Source: Bythopirellula sp. (GTDB lineage Bacteria > Planctomycetota > Planctomycetia > Pirellulales > Lacipirellulaceae). Taken from it: a DNA stretch of 64,000 nucleotides. Each line of letters opens with the position of its first letter. The first letter of the stretch is position 1. Under the pieces are notes generated by a model that was given only the letters and a program-made list of their open reading frames with translations, was not told where the DNA came from and ran no database searches. This document shows positions 40,214 to 49,789 of the stretch, piece by piece. Made by a program: the position numbers and the translations under genes. The DNA lies in assembly GCA_965216565.1 (NCBI GenBank), contig OZ244170.1:64001-128000 (forward strand), in the 5' to 3' direction.

Positions 40214-40777
40214 TTAATACCCAGGCCCGCGTAGATCGATTTCTCCCTCTGGCCAGTGGCCTTTGCTGGGATAGCGCATGGCAACTGCGTCTTTAAAGGG
40301 CGATGTCTCCTCGCCCGCTCCTAGTGAATTGACGATCGGGTTGATGATCTCGCAGCATCCGAGGCGTTCGTAGAAAGGTTGTACTTCGCGGCTAGTTTGG
40401 AAGAGTGAGAATGGAAAAGCACCGGCATCAACAAGGTCGAATACAGGTCTCACAACCATCGGCCCCAGTCCCATCCCGCGAGAATCGGGATCGGTACATA
40501 CTCGTGCCAGGCCGGCAATCGTCATTTCTCCTGCCGAGGTGCTCACGGTGCGAGTCACAAAAGCCGCATGAGCAATCGCCGCCTCATCCTGCCAGACAAC
40601 GAATGCGCGCGGCCGCTGCTCCGTGGGACCCTTGTAGTCGCAAATCATCTCGAGGCCTCGTTCCTGACGCATGGAAACCGTCACATCCGGTTTAGGCCAG
40701 ACTTTCACAATCAGCTTGGCAATGGCCAGGGCTTTCGCCTCAGTCAGAGTTCGAGCGTCGAGGACTTCTACTTGCAT
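40214..40777 (-). CDS. GNAT family N-acetyltransferase
   Basis: LARVCTDPDSRGMGLG and FYERLG motifs. Confidence 0.88.
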   Translation of the reverse strand: MQVEVLDARTLTEAKALAIAKLIVKVWPKPDVTVSMRQERGLEMICDYKGPTEQRPRAFVVWQDEAAIAHAAFVTRTVSTSAGEMTIAGLARVCTDPDSRGMGLGPMVVRPVFDLVDAGAFPFSLFQTSREVQPFYERLGCCEIINPIVNSLGAGEETSPFKDAVAMRYPSKGHWPEGEIDLRGPGY

Positions 40778-40992
40778 AACAGCAATCCAATTGTATGGAG
40801 TCAAACACTTTGAAGGCGTAAATCAATCCATTAGAAACGGGGGATTCTGGAAGGTTCATGGTGCCTTCCCAAAATCGGTCCTAGTGGTTCGGATTCCCAC
40901 AGCATGGCACGGAGTTGCATAATTGCTAGGATGGTTATGCTGATCCAAGAATCCCAATCTAACGGCGGTAGCCCCCTCTGGAGTATTTAGAC

Positions 40993-42252
40993 ATGCAGCG
41001 TACGCTTTTTCTTATCGGTCTACTGGCAATCCAGTTGAACTCAAATATAGCTTTTTCCGAGCCCGCCATTCATCCCGAAGAGGGCTTAAAGCAAGTGGAA
41101 TGGCAATATGCCCGCGCCGTTGTCTGGAAAGAGGCCTTCGTCTGCGGAAAAGTCATCAATACCAGTTCAGCAGGACAGGTAAATTTCCTGAATTTTGATG
41201 CCAGCCGTCCCGCAGAATTTACGGCCGTTATCTTCAAACGGAATTTGGATAAGTTCCCGCAGCCTCTGAAAGAACTCTACGAGGGGAAGATTGTACGAAT
41301 TAAGGGCCGGGTTCACCTCTACAAAGACCACCCGCAAATCATCGTCACCGATCCCAGCCAGATCGAGATTCTCGATGAGATGCCCGACCTCGCCAAACCG
41401 ATTGCTCCTGGCGAGGCGAAGACTGCGGTCGAAGGACAGTTGACGATCGCGACCTACAACACGCTGAATATGTTCGACGACGAGGACGATCCTTATCACG
41501 GCGACGAAGGCACTCCGGTAAAGCCGAGGAAGGAACTGCAGAGCCTCGCCCAATCGATTGAGCAATTGAATGCCGATGTGATCGCCTTCCAGGAAGTCGA
41601 GAACCGTTTTTATCTCCAGAAATTTGTCGACGTATTCCTACCAGACCTTGGCTACGGAGAAGTGGTTCACTTCGAAGGCAACGATGGTCGTGGGATCGAT
41701 GTCTGCCTGATCTCGCGTTTGCCTGTGGGAGCGGTACGTTCCTATCGGCATCTCCGCTTCCCCGGACCGCACGATACCATGCGGCGATTCAATCGAGACA
41801 TCCTCGCCGTGACGATCGAACCAAAGAACGCCGAGCCGTTCGAGGTGTGGGTCGTTCATTTGAAAAGCAACTCAGGAGGTCGCGAGTTTTCCGAACCGGT
41901 CCGAATTTCCGAGGCTGAGAAGCTACGCGATCTGCTTGATCGGGAATTGGCCAAGAACCCCGAGGCCCGTTTTATGGTGATGGGCGACTTCAACGACACC
42001 TGGGACAGCGCCACGCTCAAAACCATCGTCGGCGAGGGCTCGGGACAATTGTGGTCGGCAGCCAGCGAGTTGGGCGACGATCTGCCCGACACTTACAATC
42101 GAGGCCGATATCAATCGATGATTGATTTCATCCTCTGTTCGCCCGCCATGGCTAAAAAGTATGTGAAAGGGTCGTTCCGCGTCCTGCCTGGCTCCACAGA
42201 AACCACCGGCTCCGACCACAACCCGGTGGTGGCGAACTTCTACTTGGAATAG
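40993..42252 (+). CDS. Secreted endonuclease/exonuclease/phosphatase with N-terminal OB-fold
   Basis: Signal peptide; FTAVIF...GKIVRIKG..HLYK..PQI OB-fold; ATYN, ADVIAFQEVE, HLKS, GDFND, IDFI, SDHNPV. Confidence 0.9.
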   Translation: MQRTLFLIGLLAIQLNSNIAFSEPAIHPEEGLKQVEWQYARAVVWKEAFVCGKVINTSSAGQVNFLNFDASRPAEFTAVIFKRNLDKFPQPLKELYEGKIVRIKGRVHLYKDHPQIIVTDPSQIEILDEMPDLAKPIAPGEAKTAVEGQLTIATYNTLNMFDDEDDPYHGDEGTPVKPRKELQSLAQSIEQLNADVIAFQEVENRFYLQKFVDVFLPDLGYGEVVHFEGNDGRGIDVCLISRLPVGAVRSYRHLRFPGPHDTMRRFNRDILAVTIEPKNAEPFEVWVVHLKSNSGGREFSEPVRISEAEKLRDLLDRELAKNPEARFMVMGDFNDTWDSATLKTIVGEGSGQLWSAASELGDDLPDTYNRGRYQSMIDFILCSPAMAKKYVKGSFRVLPGSTETTGSDHNPVVANFYLE

Positions 42253-42283
42253 CAGGCCAAGCCATCAATGGCGGTCACCCCTC

Positions 42284-42362
<79 letters not shown>

Positions 42363-42376
42363 TCGTGGGAGTTACT

Positions 42377-42410
42377 TTACCACAGAGGACACGGAGGGGC
42401 ACAGAGGGGG
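42377..42410 (+). repeat. CACAGAG/CACGGAG-type tandem repeat
   Basis: accacagag gacacggag gggcacagag; same family as 24552-24581. Confidence 0.65.
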
Positions 42411-42430
42411 AGCTTATTCGTACCTGCGGC

Positions 42431-42462
42431 CGTAGGGTGCGTGGAGCGAAGCGCAACGCACC
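42431..42462 (+). repeat. GTAG-type REP palindrome
   Basis: cGTAGggtgcgt...acgcacc; same family as 48462-48543. Confidence 0.65.
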
Positions 42463-42612
42463 TTGGTATCTGGGATGCGTTTAACCTCTTGCATAAAGCG
42501 CGGGCATAGAAGCACGTCGCACGGCAAAGGTAGCTCAACGGCAATCGGCTGGGGTGCAGAACCCCGTCAAGTTTTGCATTTGGCCGGGCCCTCTGCGGTG
42601 TGGAAGGGGGCT

Positions 42613-42746
42613 GGGTGAGTTTGTCTGCCGCGTCCTGGGTCTGGGTTCTCGACTCTTGTCTCACTAGATGTCAAAGAATCTACGCAGGCGGTGCCGATCT
42701 ATTTTCAATCTCGACGCGAACGAAAGCGAGAAGTATTGTTGGCCAC
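42613..42746. repeat. 134-bp dispersed repeat, copy 1
   Basis: Aligns without gaps to 44634-44767 (about 74% identity by hand count). Confidence 0.85.
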
Positions 42747-42825
42747 CGATGGGCAGGGTGGGAGATCGCTTGCTGGCGCCTATTCAACTCTCAAAATGTG
42801 GAGGGAACAAAACATGCACACCCGA

Positions 42826-44256
42826 TTAACACTCAGTTACGTTGACGGCTAATCCCCCTCTTGATGTTTCCTTGTACTTCGTCTTCATGTCGCGACCGGT
42901 TTCGCGCATCGTCTTAATGACTTTATCGAGAGATACAAAGTGTCTGCCGTCGCCTTGCAGCGCTAATTGGGCAGAGTTGATCGCCTTTACTGCTCCCATC
43001 GCGTTGCGTTCAATGCAAGGCACTTGAACTAGTCCTCCGACGGGATCGCATGTCAATCCAAGGTTGTGTTCCATGCCGATTTCTGCGGCGTTTTCCACTT
43101 GTTCAGGCAATCCTCCTAGCACTTCGCATAGTCCGGCTGCCGCCATCGAGCACGCGGTCCCGACTTCGCCCTGGCATCCAACTTCCGCACCAGAAATTGA
43201 AGCGTTGGTCTTAAATAGAACTCCAATTGCCGCTGCCGTGAGCAGGAATCGAACCGTGGCATCATCCTTGGAATTCGTATCGGAATCGCACGACCGGTAT
43301 TTATGGAAGTAGTGGAGCACAGCAGGAATGATCCCCGCGGCTCCATTGGTGGGCGCAGTCACTACGCGGCCTCCAGCGGCATTCTCCTCGTTGACGGCCA
43401 ATGCCCACATGTTGACCCAATCTAAGCTACTATTCTGAGCACCACTCTCGGCAATACAGTTTAGTTTGCGGAACATTGGAGCTGCGCGTCGCTTAACTTT
43501 TAGGCCACCGGGAAGCACGCCTTCTTGACGGCATCCTTGTTCGACGCATTCCTTCATCACCTTCCAGATATTGAGTAAGTCCGAACGAATCTTCTCCTCC
43601 GTTCGCCAAGATTTTTCGTTCTCAAGCATCAACGTGCTGATAGAAAATCCCGTATCGAGGCACAGTTTAAGAAGTTCATTACCGGAGGAAAAAGGAAACG
43701 GTAAGTCAGTGGACGAATCCGTAGGTGGTCCCTGCAGAACGCTATCTCCGTCCACAACGAATCCACCACCAACTGAGTAATAAGTCCGCTTAAGAAGCTC
43801 GTGGCCGGAACTGTCCCAGGAATTGAACTCCATTCCGTTCGAATGAAAATCAAGAGATTTTCTTACAAACTCAATATCTTGAACAGGATTGAACGCGATA
43901 TCATGATTGCCGATCAGCGAAAGTGCTTTTTTCTCTGTAACTGCCCTCTCTAACTGGAACAGTTCGTCTGGATCGACAGATTCGGGTAGCCAACCATGTA
44001 GCCCCCCGATCACAGCTTTGCCTGTACCATGTCCTTTTCCCGTGGCGCCGAGTGATCCGTATAGCTGGATGCTCAGTTTGCAAGTGCGTTCTAACAGTCC
44101 TTCCGTGATCAAGGCACTTACAAATTGATGTGCAGCACGCATCGGCCCAATTGTGTGGGAACTCGATGGTCCAATGCCAATTGTAAACAGGTCGAACACA
44201 CTGATGGACAATGGAGGCTCCTCAATACCAATGGGGAAGCGGAAAGCATTTGACAC
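42826..44256 (-). CDS. sdaA: Fe-S L-serine ammonia-lyase (fused alpha/beta type)
   Basis: [72 protein letters not shown]. Confidence 0.97.
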   Translation of the reverse strand: MSNAFRFPIGIEEPPLSISVFDLFTIGIGPSSSHTIGPMRAAHQFVSALITEGLLERTCKLSIQLYGSLGATGKGHGTGKAVIGGLHGWLPESVDPDELFQLERAVTEKKALSLIGNHDIAFNPVQDIEFVRKSLDFHSNGMEFNSWDSSGHELLKRTYYSVGGGFVVDGDSVLQGPPTDSSTDLPFPFSSGNELLKLCLDTGFSISTLMLENEKSWRTEEKIRSDLLNIWKVMKECVEQGCRQEGVLPGGLKVKRRAAPMFRKLNCIAESGAQNSSLDWVNMWALAVNEENAAGGRVVTAPTNGAAGIIPAVLHYFHKYRSCDSDTNSKDDATVRFLLTAAAIGVLFKTNASISGAEVGCQGEVGTACSMAAAGLCEVLGGLPEQVENAAEIGMEHNLGLTCDPVGGLVQVPCIERNAMGAVKAINSAQLALQGDGRHFVSLDKVIKTMRETGRDMKTKYKETSRGGLAVNVTEC

Positions 44257-44333
44257 GTTGAGCTTTCAATGTACCACAGGTCGTAATATTCTATTGAATT
44301 GCTGCAGTCTGCTCAGTAAGACGAGTGCCATTG

Positions 44334-44428
44334 GCTGAAAATGAGGACAGGCACGCGATTGTGGCCGCGTAAGCGATCTCGACGCAGTCCATGCCCATGG
44401 CAATCGCGAGCCAGTCGTCATTTCAAGT
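44334..44428. mobile_element. Non-autonomous palindromic element (MITE/REP-like), type B
   Basis: Arms tgaaaatgaggacaggcacg / cgagccagtcgtcatttcaa; homolog at 56919-57009. Confidence 0.6.
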
Positions 44429-44514
44429 TCATTTGACACCACAATCCTAGGAGAATAAATGGTCGTTTGTTGACGTTGGTATGTCTCTTGAATACTGGTA
44501 CTACAGTATAGAGT

Positions 44515-44612
44515 CGGGAGTCGAAAAATAGGGACTGGCTCGACGCTCGAACACGGCTTGAGCCCGAAACGCACGCAGAGTCGTCGTGCCTGTCCCTTTT
44601 TTTCGACGGACC
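44515..44612. mobile_element. Non-autonomous palindromic element (MITE/REP-like), type A
   Basis: Arms gtcgaaaaatagggactggctc / gtgcctgtccctttttttcgac; 98 nt, homolog at 56810-56907. Confidence 0.7.
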
Positions 44613-44633
44613 GCTGTTAGCCTCACTTGAACG

Positions 44634-44767
44634 GGGTGAGAAAGTCTGCCGGGTCCTCGCTCTGGACACTGGACTCTCGTCTAACTAGATGTCAAAGAAC
44701 CTGCACGGTGGGTGCCGGCTTATTTTCCAATGAGCCCAAGACGAAAGCGAGTAGAATTCTTAGCCAC
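44634..44767. repeat. 134-bp dispersed repeat, copy 2
   Basis: Direct repeat of 42613-42746; shared actagatgtcaaagaa and acgaaagcgag blocks. Confidence 0.85.
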
Positions 44768-44854
44768 AGGCGAAGCAGAGCGAATGTTGCTGGCTCGTTT
44801 CGGCTTTATGTCTAGTGAAAGAAATATGCCCACGTCTTGGAGGCTCTGATAAAG

Positions 44855-45685
44855 TTATTGCGGGTTCGCCTCGGAGCTGTCCTGCAGCATTGTTCGCAGT
44901 TGAGTTACGGTTTCTTCGCTGCTCAAAATTCTCACGGTTCCGTCATTATTCACGATAAAAGAACTGATGATATGTGCCAAACTCTTAGTTTGAATATTAT
45001 CATCACCGCCTAAAGATAGAAGTTCCTCGGGCGACATATCGCGAGGCTCCATCCAATGAAAGTCAGGCCCGGTAATCCCGACAACCATAGGATCACTGCC
45101 GGCATGAAGGCGATAATGCCAGCCTTTTTTACCTCGTACCACATCATCATTTCCTATGGTCTGAACTAGTGGTAGATTTGGATTGATCACCATCACCAGG
45201 TTTGTATGGAAGTCGTTCTCATATGATGAGTGTTCGGGATGCTGATACGCCGACCTGACAACAGTAACGTCAGGAGTATCTTTATCACCGAACCCGCCTT
45301 CAGTGTAACTTTGAAGAAGAAGCTGGTTATTCGGTCCATTCCATGGCTCATCAAAATGGTAACAACTAGAAAACAAGTTTTGTTCAATATACGGGAGTAT
45401 CAAAACTCGCCAGCTGTGCATAGGCCGCCTGTTATCATCCAAGACGGATGCCGGCGGTAGGACGCCATTGTGCGAACGGTAATGATTGATACTTCGTCCA
45501 ATATGCTCTTGAGTGCTTCGCCACTGTGTTTCGCGCGCACTATTCACCGCATAACGGAAGATCACGGAGACCATTACGAAGAGGGCGCATGCACAGAAGA
45601 TCGCAATTCCCAATCGGAGAAGAGTGGGACGTACTTTGGATGAGCATCTAATATCCATTGAGATGTCCAATATAGGCTTGGTCAT
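44855..45685 (-). CDS. DUF1559-like protein (divergent)
   Basis: TM then AR.....IG.SI.HY.S..G.LPP, HSWRVLILPYIEQ, FDEPWNGPNN, WMEPRD. Confidence 0.8.
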   Translation of the reverse strand: MTKPILDISMDIRCSSKVRPTLLRLGIAIFCACALFVMVSVIFRYAVNSARETQWRSTQEHIGRSINHYRSHNGVLPPASVLDDNRRPMHSWRVLILPYIEQNLFSSCYHFDEPWNGPNNQLLLQSYTEGGFGDKDTPDVTVVRSAYQHPEHSSYENDFHTNLVMVINPNLPLVQTIGNDDVVRGKKGWHYRLHAGSDPMVVGITGPDFHWMEPRDMSPEELLSLGGDDNIQTKSLAHIISSFIVNNDGTVRILSSEETVTQLRTMLQDSSEANPQ

Positions 45686-46062
45686 CTTCTCGACTACTCT
45701 AGGACATTCGGTGAAAACGTAAACGAAACACGCGATTAGGGATGAAAAGAAATTTTTTGTGTTGTCCTATCACATTGCCTGCTATTGAGGTGCGAGTGCT
45801 AACTATTCCAGTGTAATCTCTTCCAATTCTTCATAGAAGAACTTTCCGTGTCCCAATTTCCGCCCCTCTCGTCGACTTTTCGGAATGGTTGCTCGGCCAT
45901 CGGCGATGGAGTAGTCTAGCTTCTAGGGCGTTTCAACGTTGGCGTTCCGCTGTACCAAGTACATTGCGCAGTGTCTTGGCAGACACTGCCAACTAAGTGG
46001 TGGAGCGTGAATGGCAAAAGCGCTCTAGATGCTGTGTATCTACCAGTCAATGGGAGCAAACA

Positions 46063-46872
46063 GTGAGCGATTTTTTTCAACTCGACGGGCAGACGGCTAT
46101 CGTTGTTGGTGGTACGGGCGTGTTGGGCGGGGCGATGGCCGACGCGCTGGCGGATGCCGGGGCTCGGGTGGCTGTGGTGGGGCGGAGTGCTGAGCGGGGG
46201 CAGGCCCGGGTGGATGCCATTGTGGGGCAGGGCGGGAGTGCCATGTTTCAGTCGGCCGATGCGCTTGATCCCGATTCGCTCAAACAAGCCCGGGACGAAA
46301 TTACCAAGGAATTGGGCGCGCCCCACATTTTGGTGAACGCCGCCGGGGGAAATCGGCCCGCGGCCACATTGCCGCCAGGGTCCAACTTCTGCGAACTATC
46401 GACCGATGCTTGGAAAGAGGTTTTCGATTTGAATCTTGTCGGGGGTGTGTTGCTGCCGACGCAGGTATTTGCCGAGGCGATGGTGGAACGGCAGCAGGGG
46501 AGCATCATCAATATTGCATCGCTATCGGGTACGACGCCCCTGTCGCGGGTGGTGGCCTACTCGGCGGCCAAGTCGGCCGTGCTGAATCTCACGCAGTTTC
46601 TCGCCCGCGAGTGGGCGGAGCAAAAAGTGCGAGTCAACGCGTTGAGTCCCGGGTTTTTCCCGGCCGATCAAAATCGGGCGCTGCTTTACAACGACGACGG
46701 TTCGTACACGGAGCGGGGTCAGCAGATTATCGATCATACGCCGATGGGGCGGTTCGGAGAGTCGCAAGAACTGGCCGGGGCCGTGATTTGGCTGGCCTCG
46801 CAAAAAGCGTCCGGCTTTGTGACGGGACAGAATATTGTGGTAGACGGTGGTTTTTCGTCGACGACGATTTAG
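46063..46872 (+). CDS. SDR oxidoreductase, UxuB/fructuronate reductase-like
   Basis: GGTGVLG, NAAGGN, PLSRVVAYSAAK, PGFFPADQNR, HTPMGRFG; GTG 46063 after GGAG. Confidence 0.85.
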   Translation: MSDFFQLDGQTAIVVGGTGVLGGAMADALADAGARVAVVGRSAERGQARVDAIVGQGGSAMFQSADALDPDSLKQARDEITKELGAPHILVNAAGGNRPAATLPPGSNFCELSTDAWKEVFDLNLVGGVLLPTQVFAEAMVERQQGSIINIASLSGTTPLSRVVAYSAAKSAVLNLTQFLAREWAEQKVRVNALSPGFFPADQNRALLYNDDGSYTERGQQIIDHTPMGRFGESQELAGAVIWLASQKASGFVTGQNIVVDGGFSSTTI

Positions 46873-46921
46873 TTCAACATTTCGGGGAAATGTAGGAGAC
46901 ACGATCAGCAGCGATATTAGC

Positions 46922-46981
46922 TGTCATCCCGAGGTCCGCCGAGGAATCTTGCTAGATCCCTCGGCGGACCTCGGGATGACA
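46922..46981. repeat. Perfect 23-bp inverted repeat (TGTCATCCCGAG-type REP)
   Basis: tgtcatcccgaggtccgccgagg (46922-46944) / cctcggcggacctcgggatgaca (46959-46981). Confidence 0.85.
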
Positions 46982-47055
46982 TGTTGCTTCGCGTTCGAGA
47001 ATTCCAACCTACATTCCCCCACGGGTTTACTTAGGACGAACTCAGAGTTTCGAAG

Positions 47056-47096
47056 CCCCCTCCCCTAGCCCCTCCCCCGCAGACGGGGGAGGGGGA
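47056..47096. repeat. C/G-run palindromic REP-like element
   Basis: ccccctcccctagcccctccccc-gcagac-gggggaggggga. Confidence 0.6.
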
Positions 47097-47123
47097 TTTA
47101 GATTGCTGGTTTAGAGTTATCCG

Positions 47124-48431
47124 ATGGTCACGAATATTAATCAATCTGCATCCGATAGTTTTCCCATCGCGATCGATGGTGGCGAGCAGGGATTGAGTGA
47201 TGAACAGCTCGATGCGGTGGTTGCGCAGATTGCTGAGGACTGGGTGGTGGGGCCGGGAGCGAAAAAGCTGCTGCTGTTGCCGCCGGATCATACGCGGCTC
47301 TATTCTTTCGCCGGTCAGATTACTGCCAAGCTGTGGGAGCAACTCCACGAACGGGTGGAGATCGACATTTTGCCGGCGCTGGGCACGCATTTTCCCATGA
47401 GCGAGACGCAGCTACGGCTGATGTTCGGCGACAAGATTCCGCTGGAACGGTTTATCCCCCATCGCTGGCGCGACGATCTGGAAGAGCTGGGCGTATTGCC
47501 CGCGGAGTTCTTGGAGCAACTTTCCGAGGGCCGGATGAAAAGCCCGGTGACGGTGGCCGTCAACCGGCGGATTGTCAGCGGCGAGTACGATCAGGTGCTT
47601 TCCATCGGACAGGTCGTGCCGCACGAGGTGATCGGCTTTGCCAATTTTTCGAAGAATATTTGCATTGGCTGCGGTGGTGGCCAGATGCTGCATCAGTCTC
47701 ACTTTTTGGGGGCCGTCTGCGGCATCGAACAAGTGCTGGGCGAGATCGAGAACCCCGTGAGGCAGCTTGTCGACGAGGGATATTTCCGTTTCGTCGAGCC
47801 GAAGACAAAAGTCGGCTTCGTACTAACTGTGGTAGAAGATTCCAAGCAGGGTCCGCGGCTACGCGCCTTGGCAACGGGAACCGATCGCGAATGCTTTCGC
47901 TGGGCTGCCGAGTTGTCGCGGCAAGTGAATCTTACGCGGGTCGATCGGCCTTTAGAACGTTGCGTGGTTTATCTCGATCCGCGTGAGTTTTCGTCTACGT
48001 GGTTGGGCAACAAGTCGATTTATCGGACCCGCAAGGCGATGGCTGATGGCGGCGAACTGATTGTGCTGGCCCCTGCCGTGGAAACTTGTGGGGAAGATCC
48101 GGAGATCGACAAGCTGATCCGCCAGTTCGGCTATCGGGGCACCGAGGCGACCCTAGCCGCACTGGAGTCGAACGAGGAGCTGGCTGGCAATCTATCGGCT
48201 GCCGCGCACTTGATACACGGTTCTACCGAGGGTCGCTTTGAGGTGACCTACTGCACGGGCGAGGGGCTCTCTGCGGAGGAGGTCACAGCGGTGGGCTACA
48301 AACACCGACCCTACGAAGAGGCGGCTAGCGAGTTTAACATCGAGAAGCTTGCCGATGGCTGGCACGAGGGGCCCGATGGAAAGCCCTTCTACTTCATCCG
48401 CAACCCGGCCCTGGGGCTGTGGACGAGTTAG
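47124..48431 (+). CDS. LarA/DUF2088 family protein (lactate racemase-like sugar-acid epimerase)
   Basis: PPDHTR, PALGTH, GQVVPHEVIG.AN..KN, STWLGNK.IYRTR, AAHLIHGS.EGRF. Confidence 0.85.
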   Translation: MVTNINQSASDSFPIAIDGGEQGLSDEQLDAVVAQIAEDWVVGPGAKKLLLLPPDHTRLYSFAGQITAKLWEQLHERVEIDILPALGTHFPMSETQLRLMFGDKIPLERFIPHRWRDDLEELGVLPAEFLEQLSEGRMKSPVTVAVNRRIVSGEYDQVLSIGQVVPHEVIGFANFSKNICIGCGGGQMLHQSHFLGAVCGIEQVLGEIENPVRQLVDEGYFRFVEPKTKVGFVLTVVEDSKQGPRLRALATGTDRECFRWAAELSRQVNLTRVDRPLERCVVYLDPREFSSTWLGNKSIYRTRKAMADGGELIVLAPAVETCGEDPEIDKLIRQFGYRGTEATLAALESNEELAGNLSAAAHLIHGSTEGRFEVTYCTGEGLSAEEVTAVGYKHRPYEEAASEFNIEKLADGWHEGPDGKPFYFIRNPALGLWTS

Positions 48432-48461
48432 TTGAGTAGCTGGCAGCGATCAGAAATTAGT

Positions 48462-48543
48462 CGTAGGGTGCGATGAAGCAACGCGCAATCGCAACATAAT
48501 CCGGTTTTCGGTGCGATTCCACTTCGTTTCATCGCACCCTAGA
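48462..48543. repeat. REPIN-like doublet of inverted GTAG REPs
   Basis: gtagggtgcgatgaa...ttcatcgcacccta; flanked by 20-nt near-identical direct repeats 48438-48457 and 48552-48571. Confidence 0.75.
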
Positions 48544-48589
48544 TGTTGGGAAGCTGTCAGCGATCAGAAATCAGCAATCCAAACTCGCA

Positions 48590-49651
48590 CTACGCCATGG
48601 CGTCGAGCACGAGATCGCCGATTTCGCTGGTGGTGTAGCCCATCTTACCTGCGCTCTGGCTCTTCATCTTCTCGCTGGTGACGTGCATGATGGCGCTCAT
48701 TACCCGTTCGGCCGCATTGGTTTGGCCGGCTTGCTCTAGCAACATGCTGACCGCGTTGATGGTTGCAATCGGGTTGATCTTGCCCGTGCCCGTGTACTTG
48801 GGGGCACTGCCACCCATGGGCTCGAACATGCTGACGCCGCCTTCGTCGGGGTTGATGTTGCCGCCCGCAGCGACGCCCATTCCCCCTTGAATGATGCCGC
48901 TGAGGTCGGTGATGATATCGCCAAACATGTTGGTGGTGACGATCACGTCGTAGTATTCGGGATTCTTTACGATCCACATGCAACAGGCGTCGACGTGATT
49001 GTAGTCGGTCTCGACGTCGGGGTATTCTTCGGCGACTTCCTGGAAGGTTCGCCACCAGAGGTCGTGTCCTGTGGTGAGGACATTCGTTTTGGCGACCAGC
49101 GTCAGTCGTTTGCCTTTGGGATTGTTCCGCTTCAGGGTGTAATCGAAGGCGTACCGAATGCAGCGCTCGCAACCTTGACGCGTGTAGATGGCGGTTTGGG
49201 TGGCCACTTCGCGTGGCGTGCCTTTGTGCATGAACCCGCCGGCGCCGCAGTAAAGGTCCTCGGTATTTTCGCGGACGACCACAAAGTCGATATCGTCGGG
49301 ACCCTTGCCAGCCAGTGGGGTTTCAACACCGGGGAACAATTTCACCGGCCGGAGATTGATGTATTGATCGAGCCCAAAGCGAAGATCAAGGAGCAGCTTG
49401 CGCTCTAGGATGCCCGGGGCCACGTCGGGATGGCCGACCGCACCTAGCAGCACAGAATCGAACTGTCGAAGTTGATCCAGCCCATCCTCCGGCAGCGCTT
49501 CACCCGTTTTCAAGTAGCGGTCGCCACCCCAGTCGAGGTGGGTGAGTTCCACAGAAAAACCTTCGAGCTTGGCTGCCGATTCGAGGACTCGTACGCCTTC
49601 GGCAGCTACTTCAGGGCCAGTGCCATCGCCGCCGATTACTGCAATCTTCAT
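48590..49651 (-). CDS. leuB: 3-isopropylmalate dehydrogenase
   Basis: GDGTGPEV, LLGAVG, NLRP, VVRENTE.LY, K.NV, NMFGDIITD, FEP.GGSAP. Confidence 0.9.
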   Translation of the reverse strand: MKIAVIGGDGTGPEVAAEGVRVLESAAKLEGFSVELTHLDWGGDRYLKTGEALPEDGLDQLRQFDSVLLGAVGHPDVAPGILERKLLLDLRFGLDQYINLRPVKLFPGVETPLAGKGPDDIDFVVVRENTEDLYCGAGGFMHKGTPREVATQTAIYTRQGCERCIRYAFDYTLKRNNPKGKRLTLVAKTNVLTTGHDLWWRTFQEVAEEYPDVETDYNHVDACCMWIVKNPEYYDVIVTTNMFGDIITDLSGIIQGGMGVAAGGNINPDEGGVSMFEPMGGSAPKYTGTGKINPIATINAVSMLLEQAGQTNAAERVMSAIMHVTSEKMKSQSAGKMGYTTSEIGDLVLDAMA

Positions 49652-49789
49652 AATGAATTTCGTTTAGGGTTGTAGCTTGGTGGTGGGCCAAACTAGCGAT
49701 TCTACTAGGAGCTGGGGGCCGAGGGCTAGGGGCTACAAACTCCCACCCCGAGGAGCGGAATTACAGGTTCCAGTCCGTCGCCAGAAGAT

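Noticed and set aside
44701..44718. Sigma54-like GG-N10-GC (CGGCAC-N5-GTGCA, minus strand) in repeat copy 2
   Set aside because: The -12 GC is not conserved in copy 1 and the match to TGGCAC/TTGC is imperfect
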